Shown piece after piece: positions 16,938 to 27,748 of a stretch of DNA of 64,000 nt. The translations under genes were made by a program, and so were the position numbers. The DNA comes from a virus: IMG/VR virus record IMGVR_UViG_3300021962_000060, positions 26,922-90,921 of that record; one strand, 5' to 3'. Under the pieces are notes generated by a model that did not search any database, was not told the DNA's origin, and worked only from the letters and a program-made list of their open reading frames with translations. Each line of letters opens with the position of its first letter. Within the stretch, counting starts at the first letter, position 1.

Positions 16938-19900
16938 AAGTATCTTTCACCAAATTTTTTCTAGCAATATAATCTTCAATACAGATAATTGAACTGTCAC
17001 TAGCAAGTTTATACGAATCCAGTCGCGTCAATGACTCTTTTTCAATAATCTTTGACATTTTTATAGCAAACCATCCAGTCTTTGAAATAATATGCTTAAC
17101 TTTGCCATAAACAGCTGGGAAGATAACAATCTTTATAATCTTCACACCATCCCAAGCGTAAATATTAGCCATGCTTTTACCTTTGGCTGTTACAAATGTT
17201 CTCATGCTAAAAACATGAACAAGACTTTTTTCGCTCTCTGATGTACCCATCTCTTCATTATAAAGCCATGAATATTCATGATCCATTCCTTTATCCATCA
17301 TTTCAATTAAAGACATCAAATCAGAAGAGTGACACTCATAAGCATCGCAAAAAGTATGCAAAGTTCTATCACCAATTAATGCATAAATTAACTGTCTATT
17401 TGCTATCTCCGCATTCCGATCACAGAATATCGTGGTTGACCCAGATTGATCTTCTATTTCCACCCGTAGGTATTGAGGCGTTTTCTTTGTAGAACGCACC
17501 ACAGCCTTCACCACGGTCAAAGGCGAGTTGATTTCATGGAAGTCCGCCAATGGCTGAACGTACTTATCTATCTCATTTTCATCTTGATTTAGATTAATAG
17601 CAAAACCCAAGATTGGCAAGTAGTATTTTTCATGATCATAGGCAGATACATGATTTAAACTTTTATAAGCTCCTACTTTATCAAGAGTATCCCTCAATTT
17701 AGAATTGATACTTCTTTTGCTACATTTGGCATAAAACTCATCAATTGAATGAAAAGGCCTAAGAGAAAGTATTTCGGTAATCGCAGTATTACCACAGCCC
17801 GATACATTTCTTAAACCAAATCTAATTCCTTCATCGTCAATTGTAAAAGATTCATCAGACAAGTTGATATCCGGTGGATTTATCTTGATACCAAGACGAT
17901 TTGCTTCCATTAGATATGCAGTAATTCTGTCTTGAGCATCCTCATTGTACAATAATGACCAGATGTATTCCATTGGGTAGTGTACTTTCAACCACATTGT
18001 CTGGTAAGACACCATAGAATACGCTACGGCATGAGATTTATTAAACATATATAGAGCCGCCATTTCAAACTCAGACCACATTTTTTCAGCAGCCTGTCTT
18101 GAAATAATTGCATTACTAATAAACTTATCACGATACTGATCAAATTCAGCAGCATCACGCTTTTTACCAATGATCTTACGAAGTTTGTCAGCCTCAGCCC
18201 AACTAAACCCAGCAATACTCACAGCCATCTGCATTAGTTGCTCTTGAAAAATCACAGCACCGTATGTTTCAGATAAAATCTCTTCAACAGATGGATGGGG
18301 ATACTTTGCTTTTTCAATACCTTTTTTACAATTAATATACTTTTCACCTTGTGAAAGTAATGCACCAGGTCGAACAAGCGCATTACTTACAGCAAGATCA
18401 CTAAAGTTATTAATACCCATTCTTTCAATAAGATTACGATATGCCGCAGCATCTACTTGGAAAATACCTACTGTATTTCCCTCATCAAAGTTTTTATAAA
18501 CTAAGTCGTCATCAAGTAAAAGAGATAGACTACTAACATCAACACCATGACGCGCATTTATTTTCTCCAAACAGTCTTTTATAACAGAAACAGCCTTAAG
18601 ACCCAAGATGTCAACTTTAATTAAGCCGACAGCCTCAGCGTCTTCCATATCAAATGCAGTAACAACTGATCTACCATTATCATCATTACCACGCCTAGTT
18701 TCTACTGGGCATACTTCACTTAGCGGAACAGAAGAAACAACCATTCCGGCAGCATGAATGCCAGCAGTACGAACTCTATTTTCAAGTTTACGTGCAATCG
18801 GAATAATATCAGGATATTTAGAGTTGAACACCTTACCCTTAGGAGATGACTCTAGTTCATCAAGAGTTTCAAAGAACGGTGTAATATTATTAATTTCTTC
18901 AAATGGAACTTGATATACTCTAGCAATATCCTTAATAACACTTTTTGCTTTAAATGTACCATAAATAGAAATAGCCGCAACATTATTGCTACCCCATCTT
19001 TCACGAAGATACTGCTTGACCTTATCACGTTGCTTATCTTCAAAGTCTAAGTCAATATCTGGATAGTCATTTCTTTCTGGATTCAAGAATCTAGAGAAGA
19101 GAAGGCCATACTTGATTGGATCTACTTTGGATATATCAAGCAAATACGCCAATAAACTTCCACCAACAGAACCTCGACCAGGGCCACGACCAACTGAATT
19201 ATTATCAGCCCATTTAATCAAATCCCAAACCATAAGGAAATAATCAGAGAAACCAAGTTTGGCAATAATCTGTAGTTCTTCATCAAGGCGATCTCGGTAT
19301 TCAAGACCAAGACCACGACGATCTAATTCGTAAGTTGATATTTCTTTTAAGTATGAATCCGAATCAAGTGACTTTAAATACTTAGGTAATAACTTTTGTT
19401 TTACCGGTATCTGTGCTGTACACTTTTCAGCAATTTCCATTGAAGAATCAAATATGTCAGTTCTATCAATACCAACAGTTTGAAACCAAGATTGGATTTC
19501 ATCAGCAGATGCTATATATGGATTAATTTGATCAAATCTCAAAAATCTATCAGGATACATAGCATTCATTTTTTCAATGATGCTACCCTCATGCCTCATA
19601 TTCTCTTTTGCTTTTCTAATGTCACCAGCATTTAAAGATGGGTACTGAGATATCATAAGCAAGACTTCTTCATGACCATGATCTTCATGAGTAGGGAAAT
19701 GACAGTCGGCAGTCGCTACAGGCTTCTTGTTAAAAGAAGATGCTAAATCAAATAAACCGCTGTTAATCTTTGACGGATTCCAAGCTTGAACTTCATAGTA
19801 AAAGTCGTCACCAAATATCTTGATAAAACGCTCAGATAGATATTCTGCTCTACTAGTGTTGCCGGCCTCTATAGCCTTGCATATTGCACCCCCAAGACAG

Positions 19901-20313
19901 CCTGAAAGGGCGACAATATCATTGTCAACCATATCTTCAAGTAATGCAAAATCAATACGAGGTTTATAGTAAAAATTATCAGTCCATCCCGTTTGAGATG
20001 CTTTAAACAGTTTCTTTAACCCATCGTTATTTTTAGCCAAAAGAATAAGATGAAATCTCTCATGTCTCCCATCACCATCAGAATCAACCGAATCAACAAA
20101 ATAAGCTTCAACACCAAAAATAGGCTTAACACTAGTTTTTTTGCAAGCATCTTGGAATTTAAGAACTCCACCCATAGTGCCATGATCAGTAATAGAAGCA
20201 GCATACTGCCCATTAACAGAAGCAATAGATGCAATATCCAATGGGGTTGACATCCCATCAAGCAATGAGTATTCGGAGTGACAATGTAGGTGTACAAAAT
20301 CTTGCACTTTCAT
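16930..20313 (-). CDS. dnaE: DNA polymerase III alpha subunit
   Basis: PHP HLHCHSEYSLLDG, GRGSVGGS, PDIDLDF, HAAG, KVDILGL, FNKSHA. Confidence 0.95.
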   Translation of the reverse strand: MKVQDFVHLHCHSEYSLLDGMSTPLDIASIASVNGQYAASITDHGTMGGVLKFQDACKKTSVKPIFGVEAYFVDSVDSDGDGRHERFHLILLAKNNDGLKKLFKASQTGWTDNFYYKPRIDFALLEDMVDNDIVALSGCLGGAICKAIEAGNTSRAEYLSERFIKIFGDDFYYEVQAWNPSKINSGLFDLASSFNKKPVATADCHFPTHEDHGHEEVLLMISQYPSLNAGDIRKAKENMRHEGSIIEKMNAMYPDRFLRFDQINPYIASADEIQSWFQTVGIDRTDIFDSSMEIAEKCTAQIPVKQKLLPKYLKSLDSDSYLKEISTYELDRRGLGLEYRDRLDEELQIIAKLGFSDYFLMVWDLIKWADNNSVGRGPGRGSVGGSLLAYLLDISKVDPIKYGLLFSRFLNPERNDYPDIDLDFEDKQRDKVKQYLRERWGSNNVAAISIYGTFKAKSVIKDIARVYQVPFEEINNITPFFETLDELESSPKGKVFNSKYPDIIPIARKLENRVRTAGIHAAGMVVSSVPLSEVCPVETRRGNDDNGRSVVTAFDMEDAEAVGLIKVDILGLKAVSVIKDCLEKINARHGVDVSSLSLLLDDDLVYKNFDEGNTVGIFQVDAAAYRNLIERMGINNFSDLAVSNALVRPGALLSQGEKYINCKKGIEKAKYPHPSVEEILSETYGAVIFQEQLMQMAVSIAGFSWAEADKLRKIIGKKRDAAEFDQYRDKFISNAIISRQAAEKMWSEFEMAALYMFNKSHAVAYSMVSYQTMWLKVHYPMEYIWSLLYNEDAQDRITAYLMEANRLGIKINPPDINLSDESFTIDDEGIRFGLRNVSGCGNTAITEILSLRPFHSIDEFYAKCSKRSINSKLRDTLDKVGAYKSLNHVSAYDHEKYYLPILGFAINLNQDENEIDKYVQPLADFHEINSPLTVVKAVVRSTKKTPQYLRVEIEDQSGSTTIFCDRNAEIANRQLIYALIGDRTLHTFCDAYECHSSDLMSLIEMMDKGMDHEYSWLYNEEMGTSESEKSLVHVFSMRTFVTAKGKSMANIYAWDGVKIIKIVIFPAVYGKVKHIISKTGWFAIKMSKIIEKESLTRLDSYKLASDSSIICIEDYIARKNLVKDTYV

Positions 20314-20846
20314 CCAATCTTCATGTCAGTTAAGTTTTTAACCGAATCAAATTTTTCTATTAAGTGACTATTGTACCATGTCTCCATCACTGCGACAGTG
20401 GTATTTGTCATAGAACTTACTTTTTTTATTTCGCGAGGATTATCATCAATAAAAAATATTGGTTTAATCTTATCTATAATTTCATATTTATGATACATGT
20501 CAGCAACAACAACATCATTATACTGAACGCACCATCCATCAAGCCAAGGATGTATCTCATTTTGTGAGATATCAGAGCGACGAGATGTTATGAATATAAT
20601 ATCAAATCCATTACTAAACCAATCATTTATACAATGCCATGACTCTTTGATTGGCAAAAGATTCTTCCAAAATAAAGGATCTTTATATATGTATTCGACT
20701 TCTTCAACACCATCGGGTGTTAATAAAGAATCACTAACTAGATTAAGGTTGTATTCAATACTAGAATTAGCTTTTATGTAATTTAAAACTTGTGATCCGA
20801 TATCGGTAATAATACCATCCAGATCTAAACATATTGTTTTGTTCAT
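20310..20846 (-). CDS. HAD-family 5'(3')-nucleotidase-like protein
   Basis: DLDG, ITSR, FIDD. Confidence 0.75.
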   Translation of the reverse strand: MNKTICLDLDGIITDIGSQVLNYIKANSSIEYNLNLVSDSLLTPDGVEEVEYIYKDPLFWKNLLPIKESWHCINDWFSNGFDIIFITSRRSDISQNEIHPWLDGWCVQYNDVVVADMYHKYEIIDKIKPIFFIDDNPREIKKVSSMTNTTVAVMETWYNSHLIEKFDSVKNLTDMKIG

Positions 20847-20854
20847 AATGAATA

Positions 20855-20884
20855 GTGCCGGCAGGCGTAAGATCCTGCCGGCAC
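20855..20884 (-). terminator. Hairpin/terminator after SSB
   Basis: GTGCCGGCAGG-8nt-CCTGCCGGCAC. Confidence 0.65.
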
Positions 20885-20894
20885 CACTCCTTTC

Positions 20895-21533
20895 TCACCA
20901 AGAATCTTTGGCGAGTTCACCAGTCGTCAAATACTTTTCCTGATCGGCATAAGGAAGAGTCTTGTAGATATTATCAAGATCATGCATCGGCAGAGACTTG
21001 ATATTATCAGGCATAGGCGACTGATCCAAGGGGATCAAAGTATAATTTGTATCCTGAGGACCAGATCCAGTGCGTGAGCACTTATAGTAACGATCAGTAA
21101 TCGTACCAAACTCCTTAGCATACTCAATTAAAATCAAAGCCATATGGCGCTGATTGTAAGTGGTATCCATAACTCTAGGCTCCCAAGTGCCAGGCTCAAC
21201 TTCAACAGCAATGTTGACAAGCAAGTGCGGCTTCGGTCTCCAACGAGTATCCTTAGCAATCTGCTCACTAGCCCAGCATCTATAGTTGAAGTCCGGTAAC
21301 TCACGTGTAGAAGCAACTCTCCACTTCCAGTTAATTGGCGAAGTAACAACGGGCACTGTTATGGCAGTACCAACTGCTTCGTCAAAATTCTTTGAGTCTT
21401 GTGCAAGTTCTTGACGAAAACGAATCTTAAAAGTATCTCCCGATTGTATTGAGAAAAACTTATTTTTGCTTACGCCTCCGCTTGACGGTATATTTTTTTC
21501 TAAGTCTTTAAGTGATTTTACTGAATTAAACAT
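20895..21533 (-). CDS. Single-stranded DNA-binding protein (gp32-like)
   Basis: KIRF, RTGSGPQDTNYTLIP; GGAGG RBS; follows primase. Confidence 0.7.
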   Translation of the reverse strand: MFNSVKSLKDLEKNIPSSGGVSKNKFFSIQSGDTFKIRFRQELAQDSKNFDEAVGTAITVPVVTSPINWKWRVASTRELPDFNYRCWASEQIAKDTRWRPKPHLLVNIAVEVEPGTWEPRVMDTTYNQRHMALILIEYAKEFGTITDRYYKCSRTGSGPQDTNYTLIPLDQSPMPDNIKSLPMHDLDNIYKTLPYADQEKYLTTGELAKDSW

Positions 21534-21536
21534 TTC

Positions 21537-22520
21537 CTACCTACCTCCAATGATTGGTTCTTTATATGTGTATGATTTTTGTATTTCCTGCTCAGACATT
21601 TCACCTGGATCTTTAAGATTGTCAGGTATGACCATCTTAAACAGTTCTTTGCCTTCGCAAGAATCTATTATAGCATGACGCATGGCATCGCCAGCATCAT
21701 CTTTATCTGAAAAAATGATTATTCTGTCGAACCATTTTTTCAACATTGACACTTGATTAGCTGATACTTTTGCACCAAGTGTTGCTACACAATTTACATA
21801 ACCGGCTTGAATTACTTTTGCACAGTCTAGACTTCCTTCAACAACAATACACTCATCAAATCTCTTAGCATTTTGAATATTGAAGAGCACATCCGCACGC
21901 TTGAATCCCTTATTATATAAATAACGAGGATCTTGCCAGTCGTGAACTGCACGACCGATAAGGCCAACTATTTCATACTGTGTATTTCTAACAGGAATTA
22001 CAACACGATCTTTAACTTTAGAGTATCCTATTTCAAGGAATGATAATGTTTCCTTAGTAAAGCCTCTTTCAATCAAAGATTGCAAGTTTAACAACTCTTC
22101 ACTATTATAATTAATCCTTATTGAATCAAGAGTCAACTCTTCCTCTTTTGGTGGATTTAGTGACATTTCAAGTTGATACTGTAAATTGACAGGATCAACA
22201 ATATTTTCACGACCATAAGATTTGCCAGTAATATGCTTATATAACTGCCTAAAGTTACCTTTTTTATCACAAGATGGATTGAAGCACTGCCATAATCCTG
22301 TTTTAAGATTTATATAAAATGCAGGACTATGAGTGTTTTTGTGAAAAGGGCAGTATATCGTAGCTTCTTTTCCAGTTTCAGTTTGAATATTTATATTAAA
22401 AGAATCAAACAGGCTTCTAATATCTTGCTCTAAGTTATTTGATGAATACAATTTTAAACTCAAAAGTTTCAGTTTCTTGCTTATAATCAGTATAAAGCTT
22501 TGTTGTTGTAAAGTCACCAA
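21537..22520 (-). CDS. dnaG: DNA primase (CHC2 zinc finger + TOPRIM); start may be ~22460
   Basis: CPFH...CFNPSC, GLIGR, VVEGSLD, DKDDAG. Confidence 0.88.
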   Translation of the reverse strand: MVTLQQQSFILIISKKLKLLSLKLYSSNNLEQDIRSLFDSFNINIQTETGKEATIYCPFHKNTHSPAFYINLKTGLWQCFNPSCDKKGNFRQLYKHITGKSYGRENIVDPVNLQYQLEMSLNPPKEEELTLDSIRINYNSEELLNLQSLIERGFTKETLSFLEIGYSKVKDRVVIPVRNTQYEIVGLIGRAVHDWQDPRYLYNKGFKRADVLFNIQNAKRFDECIVVEGSLDCAKVIQAGYVNCVATLGAKVSANQVSMLKKWFDRIIIFSDKDDAGDAMRHAIIDSCEGKELFKMVIPDNLKDPGEMSEQEIQKSYTYKEPIIGGR

Positions 22521-22629
22521 TTGATGATCTTATTTCATCTTCGATCCAAGGTCTTAGTCTAATGATTGTTTCAACATCACGACTAGTCCCATGTGATACA
22601 TGAATAATTGAATCATTTTTAGTACTCAT
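22435..22629 (-). CDS. Hypothetical protein
   Basis: TGATG coupling to the helicase stop. Confidence 0.65.
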   Translation of the reverse strand: MSTKNDSIIHVSHGTSRDVETIIRLRPWIEDEIRSSIGDFTTTKLYTDYKQETETFEFKIVFIK

Positions 22630-23846
22630 CACAGATCCCATTCCTCACTCCACTTTCCTGTTTCAAGATTCCATCTAAGATAGAATCCAAAATGTGTAGC
22701 TCTTCTAACTTTTCTAGAAACAACCTGAAATAGATCAGAGTTATATTCGCGATGGATGGCCAAAACCAAGTCAGCATCATAAGCCAACTGCTTAGACCAA
22801 GCAACTTCTTCAAGCTCCGGTGGTCTTTCACTATGACCTTCACTCATCGTAACAGCCGCAACGTCAATAATCGGAATATTGTTCTTTACAGCAATACGCT
22901 TGAAAGCTTTAGATAGATTCTTGGCCTTCTCAGTTTCATTCCTAGCACCACTAGAGTCATCAAAAAGACCATGATAATCAAGAATCACCATGTCGGGTTG
23001 GTACTGATCAATCTTAGCCTGCACCATGTTCTGGTCTGCTGTCTCTAGCCCCTCCGAGGTGATAAGATAAATAGGTTGCTTTCCTTCAAATGTTTTAGCA
23101 GCCCATTGTTCATATCTACCAACAATACTGGCATTAGCCTTTACTAAATCAGTATTTGTAAAGTTACCTTCGCCATTATTTAGTAAAGTATCAAGCCTTT
23201 GACCTTCTTGAAGTTTATTCATCTCCAAAGAAATAATCATTGGTCGATAGCCTGCTCTCCAAGCATTAGCAGCAAATAATCTTGCTATAAATGATTTACC
23301 AACACCTGTCCAGCCAAGCAAAACAATAAAGTCTCCAGCCTGCCAACCACCAAAGACCTTATCAATAACAGAAATACCGCTAGGAATGCCTACAATATCT
23401 TTGTCGGGATTGAGTGATCTTTCTTTTAATTCATTGAAACGGTCACGCCATTCACCGGCTAAGTCTGTATCTTTTAAATTGCTAGAATACTTATATAGTT
23501 TAGAAGTATTCTCCATTAAAAAAGACAAGGCTTCTTTAGGACCAAGTTCACCAAGCATTGAATGGGCCTGAGCAACTATTCTACGTGTTTGTAGTGCTAA
23601 CGATTCACGCTTTGCTTGTTCAATATAATAACTTAAAGGCTCAGAAGAATTGATAAATTCAAAATCACCAAAATGAGATTTAATCGTATCTTTTGATGGA
23701 ACCTTGCTGTGCTTATCATAGTGACCAAGAATAAAATTCCAAATATCACGGTATTCAGAAAATACACCATCAACTCCCTCGTTAACTGCGGAAACCATGT
23801 CACCGCTTTCAACAATAGAGTTTATTAATCTCATCTCATAGTTCAT
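22629..23846 (-). CDS. dnaB: DnaB-like replicative helicase
   Basis: GWTGVGKS, SLEM, ILDY, YDAD, KVR. Confidence 0.9.
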   Translation of the reverse strand: MNYEMRLINSIVESGDMVSAVNEGVDGVFSEYRDIWNFILGHYDKHSKVPSKDTIKSHFGDFEFINSSEPLSYYIEQAKRESLALQTRRIVAQAHSMLGELGPKEALSFLMENTSKLYKYSSNLKDTDLAGEWRDRFNELKERSLNPDKDIVGIPSGISVIDKVFGGWQAGDFIVLLGWTGVGKSFIARLFAANAWRAGYRPMIISLEMNKLQEGQRLDTLLNNGEGNFTNTDLVKANASIVGRYEQWAAKTFEGKQPIYLITSEGLETADQNMVQAKIDQYQPDMVILDYHGLFDDSSGARNETEKAKNLSKAFKRIAVKNNIPIIDVAAVTMSEGHSERPPELEEVAWSKQLAYDADLVLAIHREYNSDLFQVVSRKVRRATHFGFYLRWNLETGKWSEEWDL

Positions 23847-24144
23847 CTTCAAGCAACTTTCTCGTATCTGCTACAACCTGTTTAAATTTATTTATTGAAC
23901 TCTGCTCTCTTTTTATCTTGTCAACCAAATTTCTTGATTCAAGAGCAAAGTTGAATACAAGAATCGGGCCATCATTAGTATCAATGTACCATTTGATGGC
24001 CATCAACAAATCATCGCTATCATAATGCTTTGCTAAACTATCTGCAACATCATCTTGCCTAGGAGAATCTGGAAGAAACAATTTCCCTTTTTCTTCACAA
24101 AAAACTCTAAAAGCAGATACAACATCACTCCCAATTATTGTCAT
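23836..24144 (-). CDS. Hypothetical protein
   Basis: Track ORF overlapping neighbours in operon. Confidence 0.7.
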   Translation of the reverse strand: MTIIGSDVVSAFRVFCEEKGKLFLPDSPRQDDVADSLAKHYDSDDLLMAIKWYIDTNDGPILVFNFALESRNLVDKIKREQSSINKFKQVVADTRKLLEDEL

Positions 24145-24370
24145 TTACATCCTCAACTTTTTTCCATTTTGACATTAAACGATCAAACTCTGTTGTGCCG
24201 GCTACAACTCCAATAACTTCTTCTAATTCAGAATTATATAATATACATTCGTTAACGACAGTACATTTTTTGCACCCATTAACAGCATACTCAATTTTTT
24301 CTAAATTATAAGAAACCCAATGGGAGTGATGATTGTCATTGGCACAAATAGCTTGATTTCGCCAATTCAC
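24125..24370 (-). CDS. whiB: WhiB-family Fe-S transcription factor
   Basis: W...AIC, CKKCTVVNEC, GVVAG (variant of GVWGG). Confidence 0.75.
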   Translation of the reverse strand: MNWRNQAICANDNHHSHWVSYNLEKIEYAVNGCKKCTVVNECILYNSELEEVIGVVAGTTEFDRLMSKWKKVEDVNDNNWE

Positions 24371-24561
24371 TTATCTAACTCTTTAAGCTTTGCTTCAATC
24401 TGCTCATCAAGAGATGCCCAAAGCTTTTGCCAAGAGGATTCATCATCTAAAGACGAAGCCAAAATCTTTGCCCCTGCATCTAAACGAAGTGACTCATAGT
24501 TTCCAAGATTTTTGGTGATTCCAATGGAAGCCCAAATTTCTGCTTTGTCATTATCAATCAT
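24367..24561 (-). CDS. Conserved phage hypothetical protein
   Basis: GITKNLGNYESLRLD motif. Confidence 0.75.
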   Translation of the reverse strand: MIDNDKAEIWASIGITKNLGNYESLRLDAGAKILASSLDDESSWQKLWASLDEQIEAKLKELDK

Positions 24562-24992
24562 AGGTTATCCACCTTTTGTTTAAGAGAAACAATGCTGTTT
24601 CTAATGTTGTTATTTTTTACGCTGACAGGTCTACCAGGTGACCTGCCAGAGAAGAATGCTACCACATCAAGAACCTCAGATTCGCTGTAGAAGCGCCAAT
24701 TTTTATAACAATTTTGCTCATCATCAATAACAAAAGATGGTTTTGGAAGCAAACCATTCTTTTCATACTTTCTTATTGTGTCAGAGCGTTTGTTTGTAAT
24801 TTTAGATAACTCACCAATTGTATACAAACGACTAAGTAAAATTTCAGATCCAGCAAGAGGCACCACTTCTTCTACTTCTATATTAACAAATCTAACAATA
24901 ATGCTATTAGAAGATTTGTGAATTTTTTTGACTTTTACAAGTTGTGCTTTGTATAAATAAAATTTATTTTCTATAATTTTATTTGTTATCAT
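24558..24992 (-). CDS. MerR-like HTH protein
   Basis: YTIGELSKITNKRSDTIRKYEKNGLLP...WRFYS. Confidence 0.8.
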   Translation of the reverse strand: MITNKIIENKFYLYKAQLVKVKKIHKSSNSIIVRFVNIEVEEVVPLAGSEILLSRLYTIGELSKITNKRSDTIRKYEKNGLLPKPSFVIDDEQNCYKNWRFYSESEVLDVVAFFSGRSPGRPVSVKNNNIRNSIVSLKQKVDNL

Positions 24993-25182
24993 TTTGAATC
25001 TTCTTTTGAGTTTGTTCAATAAACTTTTCAAGTTTAGCAACTTCAATATCTACAGAATGAGCACACTGAATACAGGTGACATCAACCCATAACTCACCTA
25101 GACTATAATATTGTTCACCAATATATTTAGTACCACCGCATCTTTTACATATCCAATTTATTGGCGGAAACTTAATCACCAT
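24979..25182 (-). CDS. Small zinc-ribbon protein
   Basis: CKRCGG...CIQC. Confidence 0.65.
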   Translation of the reverse strand: MVIKFPPINWICKRCGGTKYIGEQYYSLGELWVDVTCIQCAHSVDIEVAKLEKFIEQTQKKIQNDNK

Positions 25183-25378
25183 ACACCGCCTGTTCAAATG
25201 CTTCAATTTCTGGTGTAGTCATATGTTCACCGATTATCCTTATAGATAAACCATAGAGATCATTGGCAATATTACGCCAACGGTCACGATCTGCTCGCAT
25301 CTTTTCAAACATCACTCTTAGGATGTCAAAATCGTTTTCACAGTCTTCTAGTTTATATGCAAAACTCTCAGTCACCAC
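25172..25378 (-). CDS. Hypothetical protein
   Basis: Track ORF in operon. Confidence 0.6.
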   Translation of the reverse strand: MVTESFAYKLEDCENDFDILRVMFEKMRADRDRWRNIANDLYGLSIRIIGEHMTTPEIEAFEQAVYGD

Positions 25379-25387
25379 GCACCGCCA

Positions 25388-26548
25388 TTACAACCAGCAG
25401 TTATACTCAGCAGTAACAATGCCCTTTTCAGGATGGACAAACATCAAAGGTTGTGAGGGCTGACCAATTGCAGCCAAACGTTCCATAGCGTATGTGTTTG
25501 TAGACTCAGGGCTACCAGAGATTCTGAATTGAACCGTATTAAAAGTAAACTTAGTAGGGGTATGGAAATGTCCGCAATAAACATCATTAAACTCTTCAGG
25601 GACAGCACCAATCTTCCATCCATAAACTTTTTTCTGGAATGCATATAAAGTAGAAAGCGTACCAAACTGATCGCCATGAATTAGCATTGATTTGTAATTG
25701 CCAATCTCATCTACAGCATACCAATTCCTATCACCTTTACCGTCTGGAATATTAAATGATATGCGCTTTTCATTCTCATACATCAACTGAACGATACGAT
25801 ATAGCATTCTATCGGCATTGGTTTCAGGATCATGATCTCGGCGCGATCTACCGCCAATAGCACCGTGATTACCAATAACACCGACAAAGACAACTTTTTC
25901 AAAGTTCTGTAGCATCTTGTCAATAAACTTACGCATAATTCTAGGCCCATCAACAGTCACTTGACGATATAAGCCTCCATCGACCAAGAAGCTTTGACCT
26001 GGAAAAATAAGTTCACCTTCAACAATGTCTCCAAGACACCAGATATGAATCTCATTAACAGGATGATCTGCTCTTTGAATATTTGTTAAATCAACAACTT
26101 TCTCTGCAAATCTTTCAATTCTTTCTTCACAAACAGAAGAGTTGTAGTCAGGAGTGACTTTTGCCAACTGCCAATCGGCAAGGACTGCTACAGCAACCTC
26201 TTGATTCTTGTTAGCTTTCTTAGATTTAATACCAACAAAATTTCTTTCAACAGGAGGCAGTGGATTCTGAGAAACAACATCTTTAACGGCCATATAAACA
26301 GCATTAACAATCTCATCTTGTTTAGACTTTATCTTTTCATATTCAGAAAGTAGTTTTGCATATGCGACCTTGAGTTCGGGTCTGTCGGAATCCAAATCAA
26401 CAGGAACGTTCACAAGACCGTTTTCCTTCCTAAATTTACAAAGACCCAATGAATCTATAGATTTACGGCAGCTAGGATGGGCGTACCTTTGATTAGCGGA
26501 GTTAGGCTCAAACTCTAAATCGCAATTATTTCCTTCACATTTTTTCAC
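25388..26548 (-). CDS. Calcineurin-like metallophosphoesterase with N-terminal zinc finger and coiled coil
   Basis: ADWQ, LGDIVEG, GNHG, IHGD, GHFH; AAGGAGG RBS. Confidence 0.85.
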   Translation of the reverse strand: MKKCEGNNCDLEFEPNSANQRYAHPSCRKSIDSLGLCKFRKENGLVNVPVDLDSDRPELKVAYAKLLSEYEKIKSKQDEIVNAVYMAVKDVVSQNPLPPVERNFVGIKSKKANKNQEVAVAVLADWQLAKVTPDYNSSVCEERIERFAEKVVDLTNIQRADHPVNEIHIWCLGDIVEGELIFPGQSFLVDGGLYRQVTVDGPRIMRKFIDKMLQNFEKVVFVGVIGNHGAIGGRSRRDHDPETNADRMLYRIVQLMYENEKRISFNIPDGKGDRNWYAVDEIGNYKSMLIHGDQFGTLSTLYAFQKKVYGWKIGAVPEEFNDVYCGHFHTPTKFTFNTVQFRISGSPESTNTYAMERLAAIGQPSQPLMFVHPEKGIVTAEYNCWL

Positions 26549-26598
26549 GGTGCCTCCTTCAGGCTTCCGTCTATCGTATCACACCTGAGGGGAAGGAA

Positions 26599-27042
26599 TC
26601 AGTCATTAGGAATATTTTTTTGAATAATTCTTTTTCGTGAAATATCACGTTTTTTTGTATGGGGCTTAGTGCTTTTAACAGTTTCTCTCTGTTTATCTCT
26701 TTGAGCTTGGGTGGGCTTTCTGCCTTCCATGTGTATGGCACTATGTTCTTTATGAAGACATAGAAAAAAATTTTCTATTCTATTATCTGTTTTAATTTCA
26801 TTTATATGATGCACTGTCTCCCAAGGCTGTAAATATCGACCAAGATAATTTTCCATGACCAATCTATGCTCATAAACATAACCACGAATATTACGTGGAT
26901 GGTCTGGCAGGAGGACTCTCACATATCCTTTATCATCAATATACTTACCGCCAGCAAAATTAGGATTACTAGCTCCACTATTGTTTTTTGAAGACCATTG
27001 AATATCTTTACGCTTAGACGCTAACTCTCTACGAGCAGACAA
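26599..27042 (-). CDS. HNH endonuclease
   Basis: YEHRLVM...VHHINEIKTDNRIEN....H...H. Confidence 0.85.
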   Translation of the reverse strand: MSARRELASKRKDIQWSSKNNSGASNPNFAGGKYIDDKGYVRVLLPDHPRNIRGYVYEHRLVMENYLGRYLQPWETVHHINEIKTDNRIENFFLCLHKEHSAIHMEGRKPTQAQRDKQRETVKSTKPHTKKRDISRKRIIQKNIPND

Positions 27043-27044
27043 TT

Positions 27045-27722
27045 TTAGACACCGCCAGCGTCTTCGACATAAATCTGAATAGGAGCACTAGCATTACCTT
27101 CAATTCTCCAGTTAGGAGCATTATTCGTATTAGCGCCAGCAGTGCGTGCAACAGTTAAAAAGAAACTCTGGTTAGTTAAAGCAGATCCAGTAGTCTTAAG
27201 CACGCTATACGTGCCTAAACCTATTTTGCTTGGATAAGTATTAGACTTTACTGCTTCATTAGCAATATTAGCAGGTAATCCCGTAGATACGTTAAGGAGC
27301 GAATACGTATGGGGAGTTACTTCCCAGTACGCCAGTTTCTGCTTGCCAGAGTCTGCTAGGCTAGTGCCATTATACACAGTTATAACATACTTGGAATCCT
27401 CCGCGCCGGCAGAAAGCACAGAAATTGCTGGAATGTTTACAGTTATTTTATAATATCTATTTTCGGCAATAGTAACTCGTCTATCCGAGCCGCCAGTACC
27501 GCTTTCGTCTTTAAGATAAATAATTTCTGTTTCAGCAAACGTAGAATAGCCAGTCGAGTTAGGAACTTGAGATGTTAACTCGTTCATTCTAATAACGCCA
27601 GTTGCTTTATCATCAATAACATCTTTAACTTGCTCAATATTGGTAGACATCTGAGCAAGGCGAGCTCCGGTTATAGGAGTTCCATCAGTCCAAGAAACAA
27701 AATTATAGTTTTCGTAAGCCAT
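27045..27722 (-). CDS. Minor tail/virion protein
   Basis: WTDGTPITGARL..M N-terminus, beta-rich body. Confidence 0.6.
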   Translation of the reverse strand: MAYENYNFVSWTDGTPITGARLAQMSTNIEQVKDVIDDKATGVIRMNELTSQVPNSTGYSTFAETEIIYLKDESGTGGSDRRVTIAENRYYKITVNIPAISVLSAGAEDSKYVITVYNGTSLADSGKQKLAYWEVTPHTYSLLNVSTGLPANIANEAVKSNTYPSKIGLGTYSVLKTTGSALTNQSFFLTVARTAGANTNNAPNWRIEGNASAPIQIYVEDAGGV

Positions 27723-27748
27723 ATATCTCCATTATACTACAAAAATGA

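Noticed and set aside
16930-20313. Inteins or introns in DnaE, DnaB, TerL or NrdJ
   Set aside because: Lengths are normal and no splice-junction or LAGLIDADG motifs were seen
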